This document shows, in pieces, positions 1 to 8,747 of a stretch of DNA of 64,000 bases. The position numbers and the translations under genes were made by a program. This stretch comes from an uncultured Candidatus Saccharibacteria bacterium (GTDB lineage: Bacteria; Patescibacteriota; Doudnabacteria; UBA920; O2-02-FULL-48-8): assembly GCA_964605735.1 (NCBI GenBank), contig CAZSDS010000001.1, positions 480,126-544,125 of the forward strand, written 5' to 3'. The notes below the pieces were generated by a model. It made no database searches and was not told where the DNA came from. It saw only the letters and a list, made by a program, of their open reading frames with translations. How positions within the stretch are numbered: position 1 is the stretch's first letter; each line of letters begins with the position of its first letter.

Positions 1-132
1 GCTGAGTGATAACCGGATCTATTGTGTTTGGTCTTTGTTTCTGTAGAGTTTTTTACTCTATATATATTATAGCAAAATTTGAGGAAGTTGTAAAGATCTC
101 GGAACGAGATGCGGACAAAAACAGAAAAATAT

Positions 133-161
133 TTGACAGGAAAAATTGCCGGCGCTAATAT
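133..161 (+). promoter_or_regulatory. sigma70-like promoter (TTGACA, 17-nt spacer, TAATAT)
   Basis: Read directly: ttgaca at 133-138 and taatat at 156-161. Downstream is a ~250-nt leader before the lipoprotein gene, with a T-run at ~318-330. Confidence 0.4.
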
Positions 162-413
162 GCGGTTACTGCAACTTACAAATCGACGAATATTTTTGGT
201 TTAGGGGAAGTTAGGTTAAATTCCTACGCTGTGCCGCAACCGTGAATTCTTTACAAGAATCAAGCCGGGATACCTCAACCAAAATACGTGCAAGCTACTC
301 CCGAGCAGGAGCAGGCAGATTTTTTTTCGAAAATATTCCACTTGAAAAAATCAACCTTCCCCTGCTTTGAGCGGGAGAAGGTTTTTTCTTTCCAGGAGGA
401 TGAAGTGAAGAAG

Positions 414-773
414 ATGAATCGACGGGAGTTCGGCGAAAGCATGCTGGTTTTCATGATGGCCAACGTGCTGATAAGCTGTGGGGGCGAAAGCAGTTCGCCA
501 AATCCAATCACTGCGCCATCTGCTCCGATGCCACAGCCCCAGACCTTGGTCGCACGAGTCATTGAATCAGGCTACCGCAGTGCGAGAAGCGTGGTAGACA
601 GCGAGTATCCAGGAGCTTCCCGGATTTCAATCAATGGCGAACCCTGGGATGTGAACTGGAACTTTTACGTGGGCGGCTCGCTGATCCTGGTAGGTTCAGG
701 ATCCCAGCCGACAGCTGACGTTGCCAATCTGATGATTCCGCACACGTCAGCCGTGGAAGTAAGAAAGGTTTGA
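414..773 (+). CDS. putative lipoprotein (hypothetical)
   Basis: AGGAGG lies 14 nt upstream of the ATG at 414. N-terminus MNRREFGESMLVFMMANVLISCGG has a hydrophobic core plus lipobox-like LISC. The 288..773 ORF in the track begins on a doubtful upstream GTG. Confidence 0.5.
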   Translation: MNRREFGESMLVFMMANVLISCGGESSSPNPITAPSAPMPQPQTLVARVIESGYRSARSVVDSEYPGASRISINGEPWDVNWNFYVGGSLILVGSGSQPTADVANLMIPHTSAVEVRKV

Positions 774-813
774 CGGGAAGGGTCCCCCTTCCCTATTTTT
801 TTAAAAAATTTTT

Positions 814-2475
814 ATGAAAAAAATATTATCAATTTTGGTTTTAGGGTGCTTGGCTTTTTTAGCAACTCAGACGCGGGCGGCAAACTTGAATGCGGCTGTT
901 TCCACTTTGCCGCAAAATGAAGAATGGTCTTTGATGGCGCGCTCTGCCATTGACCAGTACGCCGGACAAAATTTCTTGCGAGGAAAAATTTCTGATGCAA
1001 GCGCATTGGATTTGGAAAAACGAATTTTGGCAATAACTGCTCAAGGGCAGAATCCGCGCACTTGGAGTAAGCAGAATTTTGTCTCCTCCCTGCTTTCAAA
1101 ATTTGATGGCAATCAAATTGGTGACAGCAATTTATTGAACGATGACATTTTCGGTCTGCTCGCTCTTTCTTCCGCCGGTGAATCAGGCGACGTAATAAAT
1201 AAAATTCGTGCGCATATTTTGGCGAACCAAAATTCTGACGGCGGCTGGGGATTTTCCCGCGGCGGTTCGTCTGACTCCAACACCACGGCTATGACAGTGG
1301 CTGCCTTACGGGCATCCGGCGGCAACGCGCCCGGTAATGCCATTTCGTATCTGAAGAACACCCAAAACCAGGATGGCGGTTATGGCTATACGCCATCCAG
1401 TGAATCAGATGGCGCTTCAACAGCCTGGGTCATTATTGGATTGCGGTCTGCCGGAGCAAGTGTCCCGCAAAACTCCATCAACTATTTGGAATCACTGCAA
1501 CTGCAAGACGGCTCCTTTAAATGGATGAACAGCAGCAGCGGGTCAAGTTTGGTAACGGCTTACGCTGTCATTGCACTTTCCGGGAAATCCATGCCAATCA
1601 GGTCAATCGCGGCTTCACCGACACCAACACCCTCACCAAACCCGGCTCCAAACCCAACTCCAACCAATCCAAATCCACAAACACCCACCGTACATACCCC
1701 ACCCCCAGCAGCACCAACTCTTCCAGTAAACGACTCACAATGCGTATCCATTACGGCTCCAAACCAGGTTCAAACTAACCAGACGTTTGTCTCAACCGTG
1801 GTTTTTGTAAATACTGGGACAAAAACCTGGGTAATAGACGAAAATCCACACCTTCTTGGCTCCCAAAACCCTCAAGACAACGTTTTATGGGGCACTGCCA
1901 GGGTCAATTTGCCAGGAAATATTAATCCAGGTGCGTCCGCAGGGTTCAGTTTTACGGCAAAAGCCCCCTCAACTCCTGGCTTACACCAGTTTTCCTGGAG
2001 AATGGTTGAGGAGCATGTCCAGTGGTTCGGCGATCTTTGCACCAAGGCTATAACTGTCAGCGCCCCCGCACCTCCGCCGCCCGCACCGGTTCAGGCACCT
2101 TCTCCCCCTCAACCAGGCAATTCCACCTTTTACGTCACAATTTCTTATCCGGGAAACAAAATCTATGTAGGCAAGACAAGTTTTTCTTCAGTAAACTTTA
2201 CGGCTTCAAATGGCCAACAGTATTCGTATAATACTCCGCGCGCGATTGGGACTTTGGTAAACGCGGCTAAAGAAATAAATTTATTGTACGAAATCAAAGG
2301 CTTGGGGCTCGGCCCGTTTGTCCATACAATTAATGGATATGCCCCTTTAGGCAGTTCAGGCTGGCAATACGCAGTAAATGGAACTGCTCCAACGGCAAGC
2401 TCAGCCGATTACGTGCTTAAATCAGGAGACGTGGTTCAGTGGTTCTACGGCCCACCAAATACGCTTCCTTATTAA
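814..2475 (+). CDS. secreted multi-domain protein: alpha/alpha-toroid (prenyltransferase/terpene-cyclase-like) repeats, Nbr1-FW-like Ig domain, C-terminal DUF4430-like domain
   Basis: Signal peptide MKKILSILVLGCLAFLATQTRA. Repeats with DGGWGF / QDGGYGY / QDGSFKW motifs. Pro/Thr linkers. Middle domain (VSTVVFVNTGTKTW...GLHQFSWRMV...VQWFGDLC) matches the Nbr1 FW four-Trp pattern. C-terminal YVGKTSF...GWQYAVNG...GDVVQWFYG resembles DUF4430. Confidence 0.85.
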   Translation: MKKILSILVLGCLAFLATQTRAANLNAAVSTLPQNEEWSLMARSAIDQYAGQNFLRGKISDASALDLEKRILAITAQGQNPRTWSKQNFVSSLLSKFDGNQIGDSNLLNDDIFGLLALSSAGESGDVINKIRAHILANQNSDGGWGFSRGGSSDSNTTAMTVAALRASGGNAPGNAISYLKNTQNQDGGYGYTPSSESDGASTAWVIIGLRSAGASVPQNSINYLESLQLQDGSFKWMNSSSGSSLVTAYAVIALSGKSMPIRSIAASPTPTPSPNPAPNPTPTNPNPQTPTVHTPPPAAPTLPVNDSQCVSITAPNQVQTNQTFVSTVVFVNTGTKTWVIDENPHLLGSQNPQDNVLWGTARVNLPGNINPGASAGFSFTAKAPSTPGLHQFSWRMVEEHVQWFGDLCTKAITVSAPAPPPPAPVQAPSPPQPGNSTFYVTISYPGNKIYVGKTSFSSVNFTASNGQQYSYNTPRAIGTLVNAAKEINLLYEIKGLGLGPFVHTINGYAPLGSSGWQYAVNGTAPTASSADYVLKSGDVVQWFYGPPNTLPY

Positions 2476-2576
2476 ACGATCAGTTATATTGTTCAAACGC
2501 ATTTATTGTTAGCATTTATTACCCGAACGTTAGTGAGAATTCTCAAGCCCATGATAACTATCGAAAGGTGGCAAGC

Positions 2577-2915
2577 GTTGACAAATAAGCAATAACATGC
2601 CATAATGTTCCATCAACCGCAAAGAGGAACAAACCCTGCTGGATCCAGAAAGGATGGACGCATGACGTGCACTGGCGTATTCCGACCCGGCGATGACAAC
2701 TGCCAGAATCCGAACTGCGATGCCAAGAATCGCAGCCGCAGTTCGCACCAGACCAACCAGAGAAAGACGGATCAACTGGTTGGCCCCCCGCACCGCAGAC
2801 CCGACATCCCGCACTCGAACAAATTCTCGTTCGGCGACCACCGCGACCACGTCCGCTGGTAGCACGACCAGCCGACGACCATTTTGCCTAAGCTTTACAT
2901 GCTTAGGCATTTTTT
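2577..2915 (+). ncRNA. orphan GC-rich transcription unit (candidate novel sRNA): promoter TTGACA-17-CATAAT at 2577-2606, intrinsic terminator at 2887-2915
   Basis: Read directly: -35 ttgaca 2577-2582 and -10 cataat 2601-2606. Hairpin gcctaagc...gcttaggc followed by TTTTTT at 2887-2915. The ~290-nt interval is C/A-rich and GC-rich relative to flanks. The only ORFs start inside the -10 box (+) or inside the terminator hairpin (-). Confidence 0.35.
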
Positions 2916-3516
2916 ATTTGCAAAATCCCACAATAAAGGATTTTATAAGAGTAGGATTTATGCGGTCCTGTAAGGCAGAGGACCGCGAGCGCTGTGAGTA
3001 GATTTCAGACAATTAAAAACAGTTCTGGCGCAACCCAGTCAGCGAAGCCTCCAAGAGGAGGACCAGATTGCGTCGGAACCGTATGTACGTATATTAGAAC
3101 ATTCAGATTTTCGCGCACTTGTCAGTTTGTATCTTTAGCAGTTCAATTTAAGCAAGCATTTTGTGCAAACAAATTCCTTATGTGGATAGCCCCAGTGAAG
3201 CAACTCAAAACCCCGGCGATATCCGAGGTTTTGCTGTACTCAAAATCTGAGCAGTTCAGATGTTTCCCGGCCCGGTAAACGAACCCGGAATATTTTCGAA
3301 CATAGTGATCCTTACAAGCCCACTATATATCTCTTATAAAGAACACTACTCTGTTGAATTTTAAATCCCTCACCCCTTTCTTTAAGTTCTGCTTATCGCA
3401 GAATTAATGCATCCGGTACGAATATTCTGCCCTACCCCGACCTTTGCAACAATTGATTATTCGTACAAACGAACACGCAAATAAATTCTTCTATTTAGTA
3501 ATCTCACACAAATTTT

Positions 3517-4791
3517 TTATTTTCCGAAAGCAATTGCGTCTGGTGCATAGTCCTGCGTGTGGACAAGCAAACCTGGACGGATCGTAAACTCCCCATATTT
3601 GTCGTTGATCAAATCCAGCGAGTCGTTTAGATTCTTTTCAGTTTTGCCAAACAGCGACAACTGATCCGTTCTCTGCGACAATTCAAAGAATCCGCAGGCT
3701 ACAAACGCCACTTCTGAATGAAATCGCCAGTTTTTCCAAATCATCAAAGCCTCTTCATATAATCCGGAACCTGTTTCAATGTCCCGATGCAATTTTTTGG
3801 ACTGGTGGTAACCGGTCCCGTCAGCCATGCGAATGGTCAGATAAATGCCCTGCGCCTTAAAATCTTCCCTGCGCATGCGGCGAGCCGCTTTTTCTGCCAG
3901 CCGCATGATAACCGGCGCTATTTTCTGCTTGTCAGTGCTCCTGAAATTCAGCACCCAGGAATGGCCAAAAGATTTCGGCGGATCCTCATCCGAACAAATT
4001 TCGTCAATTTCCAAGCCATTGATCCGATTCCAAATGTAGTATCCTGGCTTGCCATAAGCCGCCATCAGGTTCGCCAGCGGATAATGCAGGACATCCAAAG
4101 GCGAAGCTATGCCCAAGCGGGCCAACCGCCTCTCCCACCCCCGGGCCACTCCCCATAAGTCGGATAATTTCTTTCTCTTATATATTTCCGGCAACTGCTC
4201 GCGCCAAACCACAGCCAAACCATCCGGTTTTTGCATATCAGCCGCCAATTTAGCCATAAATTTGTTTTGCGCAATGCCAATTGAACAAGTCAGCGCCTCC
4301 CCCACCTCATCCCGAATTCGGCGCTTGATCTCAACCCCTGCCTGCACCGGACTGATTTGGCTTTCGCTTAAATCCAAAAACGACTCATCAATACTGTAAT
4401 GCTCAATCCGGTCTGAGTAATCGTCCAAAATCCTGTTCATCCGGCGATTCACTTCCCGGTATTTCTCAGGCTCAGACTCAACCAGCACTATATCCGGACA
4501 GATTTTCTGCGCTTTCCAGATCAAAGTCCCGGTTTTAATCCCCATCTTCTTGGCTTCCTTTGACGCGGCAATCAGACAGCTCGTTTTGTGCAGGGACGCA
4601 CAAACCCCCACAGGCTTGCCGCGCAACCGCGGATTGGCCTGCTGTTCCACAGATGCAAAAAAGGAATTCATATCCAAAAGCATGATATGCGGGAACTTCC
4701 CGGAATCAGGTGATCCACCCGCCATTTTGTAACTTGAAACCGGCAAAAAGCTGTTCATAGCTACTCTATATATGACTCCAACAGTGTCCAA
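3517..4791 (-). CDS. dinB: DNA polymerase IV (Y-family translesion polymerase)
   Basis: Motifs MLLDMNSFFASVEQ, CSIGIAQNKFMAKLA and DVLHYPL are typical of the DinB/UmuC family. The true start is probably an internal Met (MAGGS... or MLLDM...). Confidence 0.9.
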   Translation of the reverse strand: MDTVGVIYRVAMNSFLPVSSYKMAGGSPDSGKFPHIMLLDMNSFFASVEQQANPRLRGKPVGVCASLHKTSCLIAASKEAKKMGIKTGTLIWKAQKICPDIVLVESEPEKYREVNRRMNRILDDYSDRIEHYSIDESFLDLSESQISPVQAGVEIKRRIRDEVGEALTCSIGIAQNKFMAKLAADMQKPDGLAVVWREQLPEIYKRKKLSDLWGVARGWERRLARLGIASPLDVLHYPLANLMAAYGKPGYYIWNRINGLEIDEICSDEDPPKSFGHSWVLNFRSTDKQKIAPVIMRLAEKAARRMRREDFKAQGIYLTIRMADGTGYHQSKKLHRDIETGSGLYEEALMIWKNWRFHSEVAFVACGFFELSQRTDQLSLFGKTEKNLNDSLDLINDKYGEFTIRPGLLVHTQDYAPDAIAFGK

Positions 4792-5006
4792 TTCAAATTA
4801 TCTGAATTGAACTGCAGTTTGAAATAATTATTGTTATCTGACACGGCAAAATAATAAATTTTGGCCCGGCCCTCAAAGTTGCTGTAGGTTAAGTTAATCT
4901 TGCGAACCAGGTACTCCCGCCCTTTCCACAAAAACTTGAGAGGTTTTAATTCCCCGTCTTTGAATAAGGTAGCTACCTGCACTGGTTCGTTAATTTGTTC
5001 GTACAT
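4761..5006 (-). CDS. hypothetical 81-aa protein immediately upstream of and overlapping dinB
   Basis: ORF overlaps the dinB start by ~30 nt on the same strand, suggesting translational coupling. No recognisable domain. Confidence 0.45.
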   Translation of the reverse strand: MYEQINEPVQVATLFKDGELKPLKFLWKGREYLVRKINLTYSNFEGRAKIYYFAVSDNNNYFKLQFNSDNLNWTLLESYIE

Positions 5007-5431
5007 AAATCCCTTTATTTTCCGCCAAACCTGAAATTAAGGCAAAGAAAAGACGACCTCTAATCTAAAATTAAAGGCCGCCTTTTTCAAATTGTAGAGT
5101 AATGGTATTCCGTTAAATATTAGGTGTCAAGCAAACAAGATTTATTCAACTGATCCGCCCGGAGACAAAGGAGTTTCTTGCAATTCCTGTTGGTTGAAGA
5201 TAAAATCTCCCCAGAAAATTGTCCCAAAAATTACCACACCAGCTAGAATTATTCCGAACACTATCAATTTAGTATGTTTCATGATTCAGATTTTTTTCTC
5301 CTGCGAAAATCAATGCATTAATTATACCACAATCCTCAACTCCGCCGCAAAAAAAGGCTGGCAATTCCCCATTGTTTGTGTTATAATTGCTGAAAGTCCA
5401 GTCAATAACTGGATTTTTTTAAAGCAGGTAA

Positions 5432-6613
5432 ATGAAAATACTTTTCAACGGATACAATTTCGAAAGGAAGGGCAAACAGCTTCATTACGGAGGCCCTCGG
5501 AACTTCACAAAAAGACTGCTCAATTTCCTGGATAAAACCCCTCACAGTTATATCAGCTTGGTGATTGAAGGGAAAAAGGAAAAAAATGAGCGTTACTCCC
5601 TTTCAAAGTCCGCCAGAGGAAAAGGAATTTTTCTGAAACTTAGGCTGAGACTGAATACCCCTGATGTTTTTCTCGCAAAAAGCAAAGCCATGCCTGCCAG
5701 CCTCAACACGCCCATTAAAATCATCGGTAAAATAATCAGCGAGCAAAACCCTGACGCTGTCCTGCTCAATGGATACTCCATAGTCAACTGGATGATCCTG
5801 AGAGCGTGTAAAAATCACGGCATTCCGGTTGCAGTCTGCCATCACGGTTTGTGGTTTAAGGAAATCCAGGACGCATCCAGCAAAGTCACCAAAGCGGCAA
5901 TCCATATTATGCGCGAAATGGAAAAGGACGCCGCTAGGTTCGCAGACAAGGAAATTTTTCTAAACGAATTCAGCAAAAAAGAATTCAACCAAAAACTGGT
6001 AAAAACAGACGAATCTCGAACAACAATCATCCCGCTCCCGTACAACGATGTTTTTCACAAACCGGTAAAGCGACGCCCTGGCACTGAAGTAAAAATCGGC
6101 TTCGTGGGAAGATGGGACCCCATCAAAGACCCGCTCGCCTATTTAAAGCTTGCTGAATACGCTAAAAAGGCCGGACTACCCTGGCAATTCAGCGCGGTTA
6201 TGAAAATTTACGCCGAATACCCGGCGCTTCTCGCAAAAAAAGATGCCTTCCTTCAGACAATCCAGACCATCGAGCAGATGAAACCTGAAAAACTGCGGCA
6301 CTACTATGCGGAGCAAAGCCTGCTGGTAATGCCGTCGAGGTTTGACGTTTCCCCCACAGTGGTAATGGAATCTCTCCTCCAAAATACTGGAACATTGGTT
6401 TCGCCAAACGTAGGCTGGTCCACACTCTACAGGAAACTAGGCGCAGAAAAATGGATAATTGACTTCAAAGATCCGAAAAAAGTGGCAGACAGGATCAAAT
6501 ACTTATTGAAAGCAAAACCCCCAACCAAACTAATCAAATACATTAGAACCAACCACAGTCCGAGAAAAGTTTTCAGCGAGTATATCAAAGTATTAAGATC
6601 AATCCAGAAATGA
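5432..6613 (+). CDS. glycosyltransferase, GT4-like
   Basis: C-terminal half has KIGFVGRWDPIKDP ... LLVMPSRFDVSPTVVMESL, resembling the GT4 E-x7-E region. Stop overlaps the next GT gene (ATGA). Confidence 0.65.
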   Translation: MKILFNGYNFERKGKQLHYGGPRNFTKRLLNFLDKTPHSYISLVIEGKKEKNERYSLSKSARGKGIFLKLRLRLNTPDVFLAKSKAMPASLNTPIKIIGKIISEQNPDAVLLNGYSIVNWMILRACKNHGIPVAVCHHGLWFKEIQDASSKVTKAAIHIMREMEKDAARFADKEIFLNEFSKKEFNQKLVKTDESRTTIIPLPYNDVFHKPVKRRPGTEVKIGFVGRWDPIKDPLAYLKLAEYAKKAGLPWQFSAVMKIYAEYPALLAKKDAFLQTIQTIEQMKPEKLRHYYAEQSLLVMPSRFDVSPTVVMESLLQNTGTLVSPNVGWSTLYRKLGAEKWIIDFKDPKKVADRIKYLLKAKPPTKLIKYIRTNHSPRKVFSEYIKVLRSIQK

Positions 6614-7665
6614 GAATAGCACAATTAGTTTCAAACCTGCACCGTGTTCACCTGGCGTCCAACCAGGCAATTTACTCCCACACAGCCCGCTTGACCAACG
6701 GTTTAATTCGCCGCGGCAATGATGTGACGCTTTTTGCCTCCGGGGATTCAGAAAGCCAGGCCAAGCTTTATTCCGTCATAGAAAAAAATACGCACGCCTT
6801 GGGATTGGATCCGGACGACACCAGAAACTATAACCAATTGCTAATCTCAAAATGCTACGAAAACGCGGCAAATTTCGATATTATCCACTCTCATTACAGT
6901 TTATTAACCTCCTATTTCACTGCTCTGACCCGCACGCCTACAGCCCACTCCTTCCACAGTCCGATCCTGGAAAGGCAAAAACCTCTGCTCAGGCATTATA
7001 AGGACAAAAACTATATCTCTTTCTCGCTTGCGCAAAGAAAACAAATGCCTGAATTGAACTGGATAGCCAACATTTACCACGGCATAGACACGGAATACTT
7101 TGCTTATAATGACAAGCCAGAAGATTATTTGCTCTATCTTGGCAGAATAACGGAAGAAAAAGGCGTGCACTTTGCCATTGAGGCTGCCCGGGCTGCCAAT
7201 CTCAACCTTGTAATCGCCGGCCGTTCCTACCCAACCGAAAACTACTGGCATAACTATATCGAAAAATTCGTGGACGGGAAGACCGTCAACTACGTGGGAG
7301 AGGCTAATCTTGAAACCAAGCTCGGCTATCTGCAAAATGCCAAAGCCTTGCTATTTCCTACCCAATATGATGAAGTTTTTGGCCTGGTCATGGCAGAAGC
7401 CATGTCTTGCGGAACCCCAGTCATTGCCTGGAATAAAGGCTCGGTTCCTGAAATTGTCCAGGACGGCCACACCGGCTACATCATCAAAGACGTAAACGGC
7501 ATGGTCAAAGCCATACAAAACATAGATAAAATCAGCAGGCAGGAGTGCCGCAAACGCGCCGAATTGTTCTTCTCCATCGAGAAAATGGTTACCGGATATG
7601 AAAAAGTCTATATGCGAATAATCGAAGAAAACACTGCCAGACTGAAGAGCCAAAAAAATCCCTAA
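6610..7665 (+). CDS. glycosyltransferase family 4
   Basis: VTLFASGDS, LYLGRITEEKGVHFAIEAA, PTQYDEVFGLVMAEAMSCGTPVIAWNKGSVPEIV form a classic GT4 (RfaB-like) signature. Confidence 0.85.
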   Translation: MRIAQLVSNLHRVHLASNQAIYSHTARLTNGLIRRGNDVTLFASGDSESQAKLYSVIEKNTHALGLDPDDTRNYNQLLISKCYENAANFDIIHSHYSLLTSYFTALTRTPTAHSFHSPILERQKPLLRHYKDKNYISFSLAQRKQMPELNWIANIYHGIDTEYFAYNDKPEDYLLYLGRITEEKGVHFAIEAARAANLNLVIAGRSYPTENYWHNYIEKFVDGKTVNYVGEANLETKLGYLQNAKALLFPTQYDEVFGLVMAEAMSCGTPVIAWNKGSVPEIVQDGHTGYIIKDVNGMVKAIQNIDKISRQECRKRAELFFSIEKMVTGYEKVYMRIIEENTARLKSQKNP

Positions 7666-7677
7666 CGGGATTTTTTT
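7649..7677. terminator. bidirectional intrinsic terminator between convergent GT4 and GT2 genes
   Basis: Hairpin aaatccc-taac-gggattt flanked by A-run and T-run. Confidence 0.5.
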
Positions 7678-8405
7678 GTTAACAGCTTGCTGTAAAGTTG
7701 GGTGTAGTACGCCCGTTCCAGATCATAAGTGCCACTGCTGCGGTCAATTTTGTTCATTTGATCAGGATGAACCCGGTAAAGGCTGAGGTAAGAATCGATC
7801 AAATACAATTTTACCTTCTTGCTGGCGAGTTTCAGCCACATGTCAAAATCTTGCGTGCGAAGTTTAGGGTTCCAATACCCTGACTTCTCCACCGCCTCCT
7901 TTCGTAATGTCACTGTGCCATTTGGAATAAAGCACCTGTGCCATAAGCTGAAGAAAAGATCATGCTTCGGTTCATAATTGATGTTGTACTCCTTCAAGTC
8001 ATCAAAAAGCCGGTTATTCACGTCAATATACAAGAGTCGACCATAAGACCATAGCGCCTTAGCGCTCTGTTTATGGAAATTATAGCGAATCTGCAGGCTG
8101 GATAGCGGCAACATGTCATCGTCATCCAGAGGAACTATCAAATCTCCTTTTGCCCTTTTATATCCCACATTCAAAGCATCGCCTGCCCCCCAATTTCTTC
8201 GATTTTTTACGTATTTTATGCGTTTGTCTTTCCGGGCAAACTCTTTGACCAGCTTCTCTGTCCGGTCTGTTGAGGCGTTATCGACTATTATGTGCTCATG
8301 GGCAAACCCAAACTCTCTTTGGTTCTGCACGCTTAGGATGGTTTGTGGCAAAAAACTGTCAGCCCTGTTATGCGTCGGGGTCAAAACTGAAATTATATTG
8401 TTCAT
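7662..8405 (-). CDS. glycosyltransferase family 2
   Basis: N-terminus ISVLTPTHNRADSFLPQTILSVQNQ...HEHIIVDNASTDRT...VPLDDDDMLP carries the GT2 DxD signature. Confidence 0.85.
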   Translation of the reverse strand: MNNIISVLTPTHNRADSFLPQTILSVQNQREFGFAHEHIIVDNASTDRTEKLVKEFARKDKRIKYVKNRRNWGAGDALNVGYKRAKGDLIVPLDDDDMLPLSSLQIRYNFHKQSAKALWSYGRLLYIDVNNRLFDDLKEYNINYEPKHDLFFSLWHRCFIPNGTVTLRKEAVEKSGYWNPKLRTQDFDMWLKLASKKVKLYLIDSYLSLYRVHPDQMNKIDRSSGTYDLERAYYTQLYSKLLTKKSR

Positions 8406-8747
8406 GATTGTAACTTTTTTGGTCGCGCTTCGTTTATATTTTTGAAGTGACTAAATTGTATCACAAACTTTGCCTTGAGACTGCTCTTTCAGAGAAAATT
8501 TTTTTCAAAACGCGAGTTATTAACAGGACAAAAAAATTTTTGGTGTTTATAATGATGACAGAAGCTCCCGCTTAACGGAAACTTAATCACCTTTTTGAAC
8601 TCCTGTGTGATAAACATATAAAAACTTTGGCGCGTTGAATCTGATTGCTATCTGAAAGCAACAATTGAATGGCTGTTTTGCTTGGCACATAAATAAGCTA
8701 AGCTCCCGAATTTATCCTGAGAGAAATAAATTAACATTTGTACAGCC

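Noticed and set aside
288-773. Long form of the first CDS starting at 288
   Set aside because: The upstream portion begins with GTG and has no SD. The ATG at 414 has an AGGAGG and yields a signal-peptide/lipobox N-terminus.
814-2475. Squalene-hopene cyclase or prenyltransferase enzyme
   Set aside because: Only a few toroid repeats are present, with a signal peptide, no DxDD/catalytic motifs and extra FW/DUF4430 domains. The architecture fits a binding protein, not an enzyme.
2605-2862. 85-aa plus-strand ORF in the same segment
   Set aside because: Its ATG overlaps the -10 hexamer of the promoter that would transcribe it, so it would not be on the mRNA. The product is low-complexity.
2530-2910. 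126-aa minus-strand ORF (Arg/Val/Ala-rich) in the GC-rich segment
   Set aside because: Its ATG lies inside the terminator hairpin and there is no SD. Its amino-acid composition simply mirrors GC-rich DNA. The plus-strand promoter-terminator unit explains the region better.
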